Shown piece after piece: positions 18,491 to 26,966 of a DNA stretch of 46,048 nt. The notes under the pieces were generated by a model, which had not been told where the DNA came from, did not search any database, and was given only the letters and a program-made list of their open reading frames with translations. This DNA comes from Ignavibacteriales bacterium (lineage in GTDB: Bacteria > Bacteroidota > Ignavibacteria > UBA10030). Where the stretch lies: NCBI GenBank assembly GCA_031406095.1, contig JANOGR010000225.1, positions 1 to 46,048 of the forward strand, in the 5' to 3' direction. Within the stretch, counting starts at the first letter, position 1, and every line of letters starts with the position of its first letter. The position numbers and the translations under genes were made by a program.

Positions 18491-19405
18491 TTACCGTTCA
18501 TCAAAGCGGGACAATTCCATGAAGGACCGATATCGATCCTGAATTCTCAGATGACTCAAATCCTTAATACCTTCGGCACTGAACTTCTCAACACAAAACG
18601 AAGCGAGCGTGCTTCCATAGATGACCGCACGTTTCAAATTGTCAGCCGAAATGTCGTCCGTTTTCGCAAGCCATCCTGCAAAACCGCCTGCGAAGACATC
18701 CCCGGCACCGGTCGGATCATAAATGTTTTCGAGCGGATAAGCGGGAGCCGAAAAAATCGTTTCCTCCGTCACGAGCAAAGCGCCGTGCTCACCTTTCTTG
18801 ATGATCACGACCCGAGGACCGAGTTTGATGATGCGCTTGGCCGCTTTGATGAGGTTCGGTTCCTGGGTCAGCAAACGCGCTTCGGACTCGTTGACAACGA
18901 GAACGTCCATCGCTTTCAAGATCTCAGTGAGTTCTTTCGGCTTCGTTTCAATCCAATAATTCATCGTATCACCGACGACCAGTCGAGGTTTCTGGATCTG
19001 CTCAACAACCTGTCGCTGCAAAACAGGGTCAATATTGCCGAGGCACACATATGCCGATTTAGTGTAACTTACGGGAATGACCGGGTTGAATTTCTCAAAA
19101 ACATTCAACTCAGTGAACAAGGTATCCCTCGTATTGAGGTCGTAGTGATATCGGCCTCCCCATCGAAACGTCTTTCCTTCCTGGACCACCTGCAATCCTT
19201 CAAGGTCGATATTACGCTCCTCGAGAAACTCAATATGCTTTTTCGGGAAATCGCCTCCCACCACTCCGACCAGCCGAATTGGAGCCGTGAAGTAACTTGC
19301 CGCAATTGCAATGTAGACGGCCGAACCTCCGAGAGCCTCTTTCGCCTTCCCAAATGGCGTCTCGACTGAATCGAGTGCAACAGATCCGACAACGAGCAAA
19401 CTCAA
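18491..19405 (-). CDS. PfkB/ribokinase family sugar or nucleoside kinase
   Basis: LLVVGSVALD, LGGSA, VNESEA, IKKGEHGA and DPTGAGD motifs. TTG start at 19405 overlaps the NUDIX stop. Confidence 0.92.
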   Translation of the reverse strand: MSLLVVGSVALDSVETPFGKAKEALGGSAVYIAIAASYFTAPIRLVGVVGGDFPKKHIEFLEERNIDLEGLQVVQEGKTFRWGGRYHYDLNTRDTLFTELNVFEKFNPVIPVSYTKSAYVCLGNIDPVLQRQVVEQIQKPRLVVGDTMNYWIETKPKELTEILKAMDVLVVNESEARLLTQEPNLIKAAKRIIKLGPRVVIIKKGEHGALLVTEETIFSAPAYPLENIYDPTGAGDVFAGGFAGWLAKTDDISADNLKRAVIYGSTLASFCVEKFSAEGIKDLSHLRIQDRYRSFMELSRFDER

Positions 19406-19893
19406 GGCCTGTCCTTTCTTGTTTTCAGAATTCTCAACTCGGTGAGTTTCCCCGCTTCCTTCCTGCCGACAATGTAGTCGCGCACAATCCGAAGCCCTTT
19501 TTTCTGGCCCGGCCAAACCAACTTCGCATGTGCGGACTTGAATCCGATCCAGCGATATGTTTCATGCTCTCTCGAAAGAGCGACTCTGGATGTCTTTGGA
19601 AATTCGGCAGCAAAGAATATGGTGTGATGCAGAGTGTCCTTGTCAGTAACATAAAAAGAATTAACATGTGGAACAATCCAGAACCTGCCCGGGGCTACAC
19701 CAGTTTCTTCCTTCACCTCGCGTAACGCGGCATCGACAGCCTTCTCTCCTGCGTCCATGAAACCTGTCACAATCTGCCAAATCCCCGGATAGATCTTGTC
19801 TTTCTTAGACCGTTTGAGAATTAAGTACTGGGGTTTTCCCACCACGCGTCTGAACACACATATCTCGACGATTCGACATGCAATGCGGGGCAT
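19402..19893 (-). CDS. NUDIX hydrolase (NudB-like)
   Basis: WQIVTGFMDAGEKAVDAALREVKEETG Nudix box and LSREHETYRW. Confidence 0.88.
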   Translation of the reverse strand: MPRIACRIVEICVFRRVVGKPQYLILKRSKKDKIYPGIWQIVTGFMDAGEKAVDAALREVKEETGVAPGRFWIVPHVNSFYVTDKDTLHHTIFFAAEFPKTSRVALSREHETYRWIGFKSAHAKLVWPGQKKGLRIVRDYIVGRKEAGKLTELRILKTRKDRP

Positions 19894-19897
19894 TCGT

Positions 19898-20683
19898 TCA
19901 ATCGTGCGAACTATTCTGCACGCGGGATCCCCGGGTCACGCGTTTCCTTTTCATCATCTCGTTCAGAAGCTCGACTTCATCAGCTGACAATTCACGTACC
20001 TGTCCCGACTTCATCGTTCCGAGCTTAAAAGGGCCTACAGAAATTCGAACAAGATGAAGTACTGAAAATCCCAGCTCTTCCAGCATTTTTCGAACCTGAC
20101 GATTCTTACCTTCGGCGATGGAAATCCTGATTTTCGTTTTACTCAACATGGTCACTTCAGCGGGCTTCGTTCGATAGACATTGCCGCTCAATATGATTTC
20201 CACTCCCTCGCGGAGCTTCTGCAAGTCAGAAGGTGTTATTGGTTTCTCAATAGTGGCATCGTAGGTTTTGTGAATCTCATGTTCGGGGTTTGAGAGGAAA
20301 TCGGCCGCCTGATTGTCATTCGTCAGCAAAAGCAATCCGCTGCTGTTTTTGTCGAGTCTGCCGACTGGAATGAGGCCGGTTCCTTTAGAACCCAGCACAT
20401 CGTAGATGGTTTCTCTTCCTTTTTCGTCCGATGTAGTTGTGATAACATTCACGGGCTTGTGGAAAATGAGGTAATGCTTCCCCCGGGGCTTGGATTCTCT
20501 GCCGCTGACAAGGATCTTATCCTCTTTCATGTTGACCCACCGATGCGGGTTCTGCTCGATCTTTCCGTTGACACTAACCTTTCCATCCGCGATGTCCAGA
20601 AGCGCTCTCGATCGAGAAGTTAGGCCCAGTTTGGACAAAGCGCGGGGGAGTGAAACTCGATGAGCCGAATGGGAAGTTTTCAT
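19898..20683 (-). CDS. Second RsuA-family pseudouridine synthase
   Basis: S4-like N-terminus, FHKP, PVGRLDKNSSGLLLLTND and EGKNRQVRKM motifs. Confidence 0.9.
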   Translation of the reverse strand: MKTSHSAHRVSLPRALSKLGLTSRSRALLDIADGKVSVNGKIEQNPHRWVNMKEDKILVSGRESKPRGKHYLIFHKPVNVITTTSDEKGRETIYDVLGSKGTGLIPVGRLDKNSSGLLLLTNDNQAADFLSNPEHEIHKTYDATIEKPITPSDLQKLREGVEIILSGNVYRTKPAEVTMLSKTKIRISIAEGKNRQVRKMLEELGFSVLHLVRISVGPFKLGTMKSGQVRELSADEVELLNEMMKRKRVTRGSRVQNSSHD

Positions 20684-20686
20684 TGT

Positions 20687-21322
20687 CTATTCGACGGGAG
20701 CGCTCTTGGCCGGGAACAGTCTCGGCTTGATAAAGTGCCAGAGAATCGGGGTAATCGAGATGAACACGACAAGAATGATCACCTTGTCGATATCTTTATC
20801 AAGGTTCGGAATGGCATTACCGAGCAGGTATCCCAGCATCGTCAAACTGAGAACCCATAAAATTCCACCAAAAACGTTGAAACTGGCGAACCTCAAGTAA
20901 CCCATTCCGGCAACTCCCGCAATGGTCGGTGCAAAAGTTCTGAGAATCGGGATGAACCGCGCGAGCACGATCGTTTTTCCACCGTGTTTATCATAAAACC
21001 CTTGCGTCTTCACGAGGTATCGCTGTTTGAAAAAACGAGAATCAGGCCTGTCGAACAAAGCCTTTCCTGCACGCTTGCCGATTTGAAATCCGACGGCGTC
21101 GCCGACGATGGCGCTTATACTCAGGAGCACATTGAGAAAAACAATGTCGAAATCTCCCCGCGCCGCAAAGACTCCGGCAGTAACCAGAAGCGAATCACCG
21201 GGGAGGAAAAAACCAGCCAACAACCCTGTTTCCGCGAAAACGACGAGAGCCATGATCACATACCCGGCCCGAACGAGGTTTTCTGCTGAAATCTGTTGCA
21301 GGATGTCCTGGATCCAGTCCAT
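20687..21322 (-). CDS. DedA/VTT family membrane protein
   Basis: FAETGLLAGFFLPGDSLL, FYDKHGGKTIVLARFIPILRTFAP. Probable ATG at 21322. Confidence 0.93.
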   Translation of the reverse strand: MDWIQDILQQISAENLVRAGYVIMALVVFAETGLLAGFFLPGDSLLVTAGVFAARGDFDIVFLNVLLSISAIVGDAVGFQIGKRAGKALFDRPDSRFFKQRYLVKTQGFYDKHGGKTIVLARFIPILRTFAPTIAGVAGMGYLRFASFNVFGGILWVLSLTMLGYLLGNAIPNLDKDIDKVIILVVFISITPILWHFIKPRLFPAKSAPVE

Positions 21323-21370
21323 AAGTTGTAAATATACCTGAAAAACGAGTGAGTTCAAAAAGGGATGAGG

Positions 21371-22309
21371 TCAGAGACCGGCGAGACCCGGGATTCCCTG
21401 AACGCTTTTTGCGGCTTTCACGGCTCTTCGAATGGAATCCGCAGTCAACCGGGCCGCAACTTCAGCGACCATGTCAACATCCGCACGCACAGAGCCCCAG
21501 GAAAGGGCAAAGGTCACGTCGCCGTCATACGAAGTGTGAACAGGCTGGACTGCCCTGGCCATCCCATCATGCATGCGCTGGCAGATTCTGTGAAGATCTA
21601 CTTTGGAGAGGTCGGCATTTGTCGCAGCAACAACGAGTGTTGTATTCGTACGTTCCAAAACTTTTCCCCGCGCAAAAACCCGATGCGGGTCTGAATCGCC
21701 GTAGAACTTGCCGTCGATCGACCTCGATCCTGCCAGAACTCTCCCGCTTTCTCCAATAATATCGCCTACGGAGTTAACGACCGCTGCCACACCAACGACA
21801 AGGTCATCGATGGATTGTGAGGCCGATCCAAATCCCCCCTTCATCCAAAATTCCATCCCTTTCCATTTCCCGATCGTGGTTCCTGTGCCCGCACCAATAT
21901 TTCCCTCTGACAAGATCCCGCTTTTGGCGTTTTTGCACGCTTCGTAACCTGATTCCGCATCCGGTCGAACCGAACTTTTGCCCACATTCAGGTCAAAGAC
22001 AACAGCCGCAGGCACGATTGGCACCTTTACCCAGGGAGTTTCATAACCGATATTGTGATCCGCGAGATACCGCATTACTCCATCTGCGGCAGCAAGCCCG
22101 AATGCGCTTCCCCCCGTGAGGAGAATGGCATGTACCTCTTGCATGGTCTTGTCGGGGGCAAGTAAAGCAAGTTCCCTGCTTCCCGGAGAAGCGCCCCGCA
22201 CTTCGCAACTCGCTCTCGTTTTGGGCGGACAAAGAACGACTGTGCAACCAGTCAACGCCGCGGCGTCAGTGTAGTGACCAACTTTAAACCCGGGGACAGA
22301 TGTTAACAT
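21371..22309 (-). CDS. P1/S58 (DmpA-like) peptidase family protein
   Basis: VPGFKVGH, TGCTVV, VRGASPGSRE, GGSAFGL, GAGTG, NTTL and HTSYDGD motifs. Confidence 0.9.
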   Translation of the reverse strand: MLTSVPGFKVGHYTDAAALTGCTVVLCPPKTRASCEVRGASPGSRELALLAPDKTMQEVHAILLTGGSAFGLAAADGVMRYLADHNIGYETPWVKVPIVPAAVVFDLNVGKSSVRPDAESGYEACKNAKSGILSEGNIGAGTGTTIGKWKGMEFWMKGGFGSASQSIDDLVVGVAAVVNSVGDIIGESGRVLAGSRSIDGKFYGDSDPHRVFARGKVLERTNTTLVVAATNADLSKVDLHRICQRMHDGMARAVQPVHTSYDGDVTFALSWGSVRADVDMVAEVAARLTADSIRRAVKAAKSVQGIPGLAGL

Positions 22310-23109
22310 TTACTAGTGCCTTTTATGACGCCTTGCATTTTCAGGTGAGCCAGGATAATGCCGCAAGTAACCCCGACATTCAATGACTCAGCTTGGCCAA
22401 ATTTCGGGATTTTCACAATCAGGTCGGCTGTTTTGTGCACTTCCTTACTGACACCATGGGCCTCACTCCCAAAGATAAGGCAAATCTTCCTTGCTGGGTC
22501 GATCTTTGTATATTCAGACGGGGCATCTCCTGCGGTTGCTATGATCGCAAAACTCTGTTTCTTGAGTTGGGGTAGAACATCGGAAAAGTCTACGTCTTCG
22601 ACCACCTGCACGTGGAAAAGTGACCCTGTAGATGAACGAACGACTTTCTCGTTGTGCAACTCTACGCATCCCCGGCTAAGAAGAAGTGCGTCAACACCGA
22701 ACCAATCGCAACATCGGACGATCGACCCTAGATTTCCAGGGTCTGCTATGCTATCCCCCATGATGATAAGACGTTTCTTTCCGCCGAGTATATCGTCGAT
22801 TGTGAATTTCTTCTTTCTCGCTACGGCTACAATCCCCTGCGAGTGCACAGTTTCACTTATCTGATTCAGTTCTTTTTCCGTGATTTCCCTTACTGGTATC
22901 TTCAGTTCCCGCAACCTGTCCAATACATCCTCATGAGCGTTCTCTTCTACATGGTTCTGCAGAACGACGGCAAGGTCGATCTTGTAAGACGAGTGCAAGG
23001 CATCATGGACTGAACGCCACCCTTCGACAATGAACTTGTCTTCGGTTTCACGAAACTTCTTTTGCGACAACGACCGTATCAATGTCAATTCTGATTTAGA
23101 CGCGTGCAT
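22303..23109 (-). CDS. TrmH/SpoU family RNA methyltransferase
   Basis: FIVEG, DPGNLGSIVR, FGSEAHG and ESLNV SPOUT motifs. Probable ATG at 23109. Confidence 0.92.
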   Translation of the reverse strand: MHASKSELTLIRSLSQKKFRETEDKFIVEGWRSVHDALHSSYKIDLAVVLQNHVEENAHEDVLDRLRELKIPVREITEKELNQISETVHSQGIVAVARKKKFTIDDILGGKKRLIIMGDSIADPGNLGSIVRCCDWFGVDALLLSRGCVELHNEKVVRSSTGSLFHVQVVEDVDFSDVLPQLKKQSFAIIATAGDAPSEYTKIDPARKICLIFGSEAHGVSKEVHKTADLIVKIPKFGQAESLNVGVTCGIILAHLKMQGVIKGTSKC

Positions 23110-23190
23110 GGGGCAATATAAAGAAAAAGATGGTAGAAAACGAAAAAGCCATCCGGAGGATGGCTGCTCACTCAAACGATATATGCAACT

Positions 23191-25026
23191 CTATTTCACC
23201 AGTATCATTTTCTTCGTGCTGATGAAATCCTTCCTGTCGGTTCCCATGACGGGGTGAGCCTCCAGCTTCACAAGATACACGCCACTCGGTAAATTCTCCG
23301 CTCGAAACATGGATTCGTAAATTCCAGATTCCTTCTCTTCGGAAACAAGTACCTGCACCTGCTCTCCCAGCATATTCCACACAGTGAGTTTTACGTAACT
23401 TCTTTCCGGAATCCCGAAACGAATAGCAGTCGTTGGATTAAACGGGTTAGGAAAATTGTGTTCCAAAGAAAACATGCGGGGTGCAGCGACGCCAATCTCC
23501 TTTGGTAGTACCGCTGGAGAAGTCCGGAATGAAGAAGATGTTGGCGTGGCCAGTTGAACCCATCCGTCGGAAACGGAAATCATGAACGAATAGACCGACC
23601 CCGCTTGTAATCTCGTCCGCAGGTTCAACGCGAGCGTCGTATCCCGAATACCCGTCACCGTCGTATCAAGCGATTCTCCTTTTATGCGAAGGCCGTATCG
23701 AAGAGTATCGTCCGAATCCTCGTCGTGTGACTTTGTCCAACCAAAAATGATCGGCCTTGATGAGTTGATGGCAACCGTGTCCATTTCAGCCGGCTGGACG
23801 AGTAGTGGCAGAGAAGGCATATGGTTTACATTTACCACCTGGATATTCGTGGACATCACCGTTCGGAGTGAATCGTCGCTGATGGCTATTTCTAGCGTGT
23901 GGTAACCCGACTGCCTGAAGGTAGGTCTCCATTGAAGAAAGCCACTTGTTGAAACAGTGGCACCCACCCGCCCGGTCACCAATTGGAATTTCACAGTATC
24001 GCCGTCGGGATCCTTCCCTGCATAGCGGAGTCGCAATTCCTGGCCCTCTTCAATCGCCGTGTCCAGAAGAGCAGCCGTGAACCGGGGAGCGCGATTGACA
24101 TTCACAACGGAGATTCGGAATGCGGCTCTGACTCCTGCATGGTCTTTATCTAACACGGAAACCATCAGCTGATGCGTTCCGGCCTGGTCATAACCCGGAG
24201 TCCACTCCAACCGCCCGCGTAACGAATCAAGAGCTACGCCGTCGGGAAGTCGATTTGATGAAAAATGCACCGGATCGTCATCCGGGTCATCGCCCGAGAG
24301 GCCATACGTCAACGTTTGAGCTTCCAGAATCGTGGTGTCATGCGGAAGAGTTTTGAAATACGCAGGCCGGTTCGTGTTTTTGACAGCGAGCAGTATTGTT
24401 CTGGATGCATCAGAATTGTGTCCGTCGCCGATGGCAAAAATAACTTCGTATTCACCAGCCTGATCGTATGTTGGAGTCCAAGAAAACAGTCCGTTGATGC
24501 GATCGATCCCCGAACCGGAGGGCGCTCTGGCAATTCGATACAAAACAGTATCGCCATCGAGGTCATAGGCACTCATGCGATAGCGAAGACTCTGACCTTC
24601 CGCTATGGTCGTATCCGGAAGTACTCTGCGCCATTGGGGAATGTGATTCCTGAAAATGTCGGCCTTGACCGTTGGCGCTTGCGCAGGCAATTCCGCACCG
24701 CGAAAAAGCACCCCCGGGTTCAGTCTTGCGAGGAAAGAATCCCGGGACGAGATGACGACGCGAAAAAGAACCCTCTCTTCATCTTCGAACCCATCGCCAT
24801 CGGTCAGTCGAACGCCAAACTTGCCGTTGGAGGGATCATACAGGGAAATCGACTTCGCGATGGAGGAGTCTGAGCGGAGGACACGTATGATGGTCGTTGA
24901 CGGGATGGAGCCTCCTTCGAGACGGAGGTTTCCGTCGACGACCATTCTTTTGTTTTGACCAAAGGAGAAAGAGGAAACGAAGAGAAAAGCAAGCCACAGC
25001 CTTCGAAGGCCTTGGGATCCAAACAT
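23191..25026 (-). CDS. Secreted protein with tandem putative Ig/cadherin-like domains and T9SS-type C-terminal domain
   Basis: Signal peptide, three ~90-aa repeats with DxDG/DD and W[TR]P..xQ[AS]G motifs, and C-terminal HNFPNPFNPTT...SGVY...KKMILVK. The start position is uncertain. Confidence 0.85.
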   Translation of the reverse strand: MFGSQGLRRLWLAFLFVSSFSFGQNKRMVVDGNLRLEGGSIPSTTIIRVLRSDSSIAKSISLYDPSNGKFGVRLTDGDGFEDEERVLFRVVISSRDSFLARLNPGVLFRGAELPAQAPTVKADIFRNHIPQWRRVLPDTTIAEGQSLRYRMSAYDLDGDTVLYRIARAPSGSGIDRINGLFSWTPTYDQAGEYEVIFAIGDGHNSDASRTILLAVKNTNRPAYFKTLPHDTTILEAQTLTYGLSGDDPDDDPVHFSSNRLPDGVALDSLRGRLEWTPGYDQAGTHQLMVSVLDKDHAGVRAAFRISVVNVNRAPRFTAALLDTAIEEGQELRLRYAGKDPDGDTVKFQLVTGRVGATVSTSGFLQWRPTFRQSGYHTLEIAISDDSLRTVMSTNIQVVNVNHMPSLPLLVQPAEMDTVAINSSRPIIFGWTKSHDEDSDDTLRYGLRIKGESLDTTVTGIRDTTLALNLRTRLQAGSVYSFMISVSDGWVQLATPTSSSFRTSPAVLPKEIGVAAPRMFSLEHNFPNPFNPTTAIRFGIPERSYVKLTVWNMLGEQVQVLVSEEKESGIYESMFRAENLPSGVYLVKLEAHPVMGTDRKDFISTKKMILVK

Positions 25027-25236
25027 CCCATGACCCCGAAGCCGATGGACAATTGCCTTCGTGCATGAACCCTGCAGCGGAGAATGTTTCAAAAAACGGA
25101 GCAACCTAAGCTCCTCTCAGGCTCTAACAATTAATCGATACGCTGAACCCTCATTGATTTGGTACTATTAACGCATTTGTGCGTTCAAAATCAAGCTGCT
25201 CCCCAGTCATTCGGAAAAAAACGGTCGAATCGTGCG

Positions 25237-26883
25237 TCATTCATTGCGATGCTCTCCCCACGATTTTCGGAAAACATCTGAAATTTCTCCCACTGTGGCA
25301 TATTGTTCCACCGCAGCCAGTATGTGTGGAACGGTGTTACCAGAGCCCTTGGCCTGCTTTTCAAGTTCACTCAGCGTTTTGAGAACCATTCCCGTGTTTC
25401 TCCTCCGTTTTGTGGCTGCAAGCCGCTCGACCTGCTTGGTTCTCGTATTCTGGTCTACCTCAAGAAGCTGAACTTCCTTTTCCGCATGCTCGGTAAATTC
25501 ATTGACCCCAACGATGATCTTCTCCTTCTTTTCAATGGCCTGCTGGTATCGGTATGAACTTTCAGCGATTTCCTTCTGGAAAAAATTCAGCTCAATCGCC
25601 TTCAATGCTCCACCCATCATCTCGATTTTTTCCAGGTATTCCATGACGCGTTCTTCGATGCCGTCCGTGAGCTTCTCCACGAAATACGAACCTCCCAGAG
25701 GGTCCACGGTGTCGGCCACACCGGACTCGTACGCCAGGACTTGCTGGGTTCGAAGCGCCAACCTCGCGGCCTCTTCCGTAGGCAGCGACAGTGCTTCATC
25801 CCGGGAATTTGTGTGCAGGGATTGGCATCCCCCGAGAACAGCAGCCAATGCCTGTGTTGTCACCCGCACAACGTTGTTATCCACTTGCTGGGCAGTGAGA
25901 GTGGCGCCCCCTGTTTGCGCGTGGAATCTCAGTTTCATGGTTTCGGGCCGCTGTGCGTGAAAACGGGTCTTCATGATTTGCGCCCAGATTCTGCGGGCTG
26001 CGCGAAATTTTGCTATTTCTTCAAAAAAGTTATTGTGCGCATTGAAAAAAAACGAAATCTGATTTCCAAATTCGTCAACGTTGAGACCTCTTTTCTGCAC
26101 CTCCTCAATGTATGCGATTGCATTGGCAAGGGAAAAAGCCAGTTCCTGAACGGCAGTTGCCCCCGCCTCACGAATATGATACCCGCTGATGGAGATCGCG
26201 CTCCATTTGGGGATTTCCTTCGCACACCATTCAATCAGGTCGGTCACCAGGCGCATGGACGGTCCGGGCGGGTATATGTATGTTCCTCTGGCAATGTATT
26301 CCTTTAGGATGTCGTTCTGGACAGTCCCCGATATTCTTTTCAGGTCCGCACCTTGTTTCCTGGCAAGGGCCACATACATGCACAAAAGGATGGCCGCTGT
26401 CGAGTTGATCGTCATCGAAGTAGTAACGTCCTGCACGCGGATGCTGTCAAACAGAACCTCCATGTCTGCCAGAGAATCGATGGCAACGCCCACCTTGCCG
26501 ACTTCGCCTTCTGCCATCACATGGTCGGAATCGTACCCCATCTGGGTTGGGAGGTCGAAAGCCACGGACAAGCCGGTTGTCCCATGACTGATAAGATACT
26601 TGTAACGCTCGTTGGACTTCTCCGCCGTTCCAAAACCGGCATACTGCCTCATCGTCCACAACTTGTTTCGATACATGGTCGGATAAATCCCTCGCGTGAA
26701 CGGGAATTCTCCAGGAAAACCAAGCTTGTCTTCATACTTCACATCACCGGGTACATACAGTCGTTCAATCTCAACCCCGGAATCTGTGGCGAAAACCTGC
26801 TTTCGTTCCGGCGCCTTCTGTAGCGACGGCTGAAGGGTCTTTGCTTCCCATTGACGGAGAGGATCTGGCGTTGGAGGATTCAT
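25237..26883 (-). CDS. Methylmalonyl-CoA mutase, substrate-binding (N-terminal) subunit of split-type enzyme
   Basis: [46 protein letters not shown] and [11 protein letters not shown] motifs. No B12-binding DxHxxG domain is present. Confidence 0.93.
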   Translation of the reverse strand: MNPPTPDPLRQWEAKTLQPSLQKAPERKQVFATDSGVEIERLYVPGDVKYEDKLGFPGEFPFTRGIYPTMYRNKLWTMRQYAGFGTAEKSNERYKYLISHGTTGLSVAFDLPTQMGYDSDHVMAEGEVGKVGVAIDSLADMEVLFDSIRVQDVTTSMTINSTAAILLCMYVALARKQGADLKRISGTVQNDILKEYIARGTYIYPPGPSMRLVTDLIEWCAKEIPKWSAISISGYHIREAGATAVQELAFSLANAIAYIEEVQKRGLNVDEFGNQISFFFNAHNNFFEEIAKFRAARRIWAQIMKTRFHAQRPETMKLRFHAQTGGATLTAQQVDNNVVRVTTQALAAVLGGCQSLHTNSRDEALSLPTEEAARLALRTQQVLAYESGVADTVDPLGGSYFVEKLTDGIEERVMEYLEKIEMMGGALKAIELNFFQKEIAESSYRYQQAIEKKEKIIVGVNEFTEHAEKEVQLLEVDQNTRTKQVERLAATKRRRNTGMVLKTLSELEKQAKGSGNTVPHILAAVEQYATVGEISDVFRKSWGEHRNE

Positions 26884-26933
26884 GTTCTTACAAAAGTTGT
26901 GAAGAAGTCTATATCAGCGGATTTCTTGAGGGC

Positions 26934-26962
26934 AAGGTACAGAAGAAGGAGAGGAGAATCAA
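26934..26962 (-). promoter_or_regulatory. Putative sigma70-type promoter for methylmalonyl-CoA mutase gene
   Basis: Minus strand TTGATT-17 nt-TACCTT. Confidence 0.5.
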
Positions 26963-26966
26963 TCAT

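Noticed and set aside
18551-19369. 272-aa plus-strand ORF (and similar antisense ORFs at 26841-27599, 12790-13452, 10491-11123, 30846-31472)
   Set aside because: Antisense to well-supported genes and with no protein-like motifs of their own
9157-20683. Two RsuA-family pseudouridine synthases within ~10 kb as a recent duplication
   Set aside because: The sequences are divergent, both keep the GRLD motif, and multiple paralogs per genome are normal
25170-25185. Palindrome AACGCA-TTTG-TGCGTT upstream of the Ig-repeat gene
   Set aside because: Could be an operator, but it is a single 6-bp-arm instance with no second copy or regulator in the window
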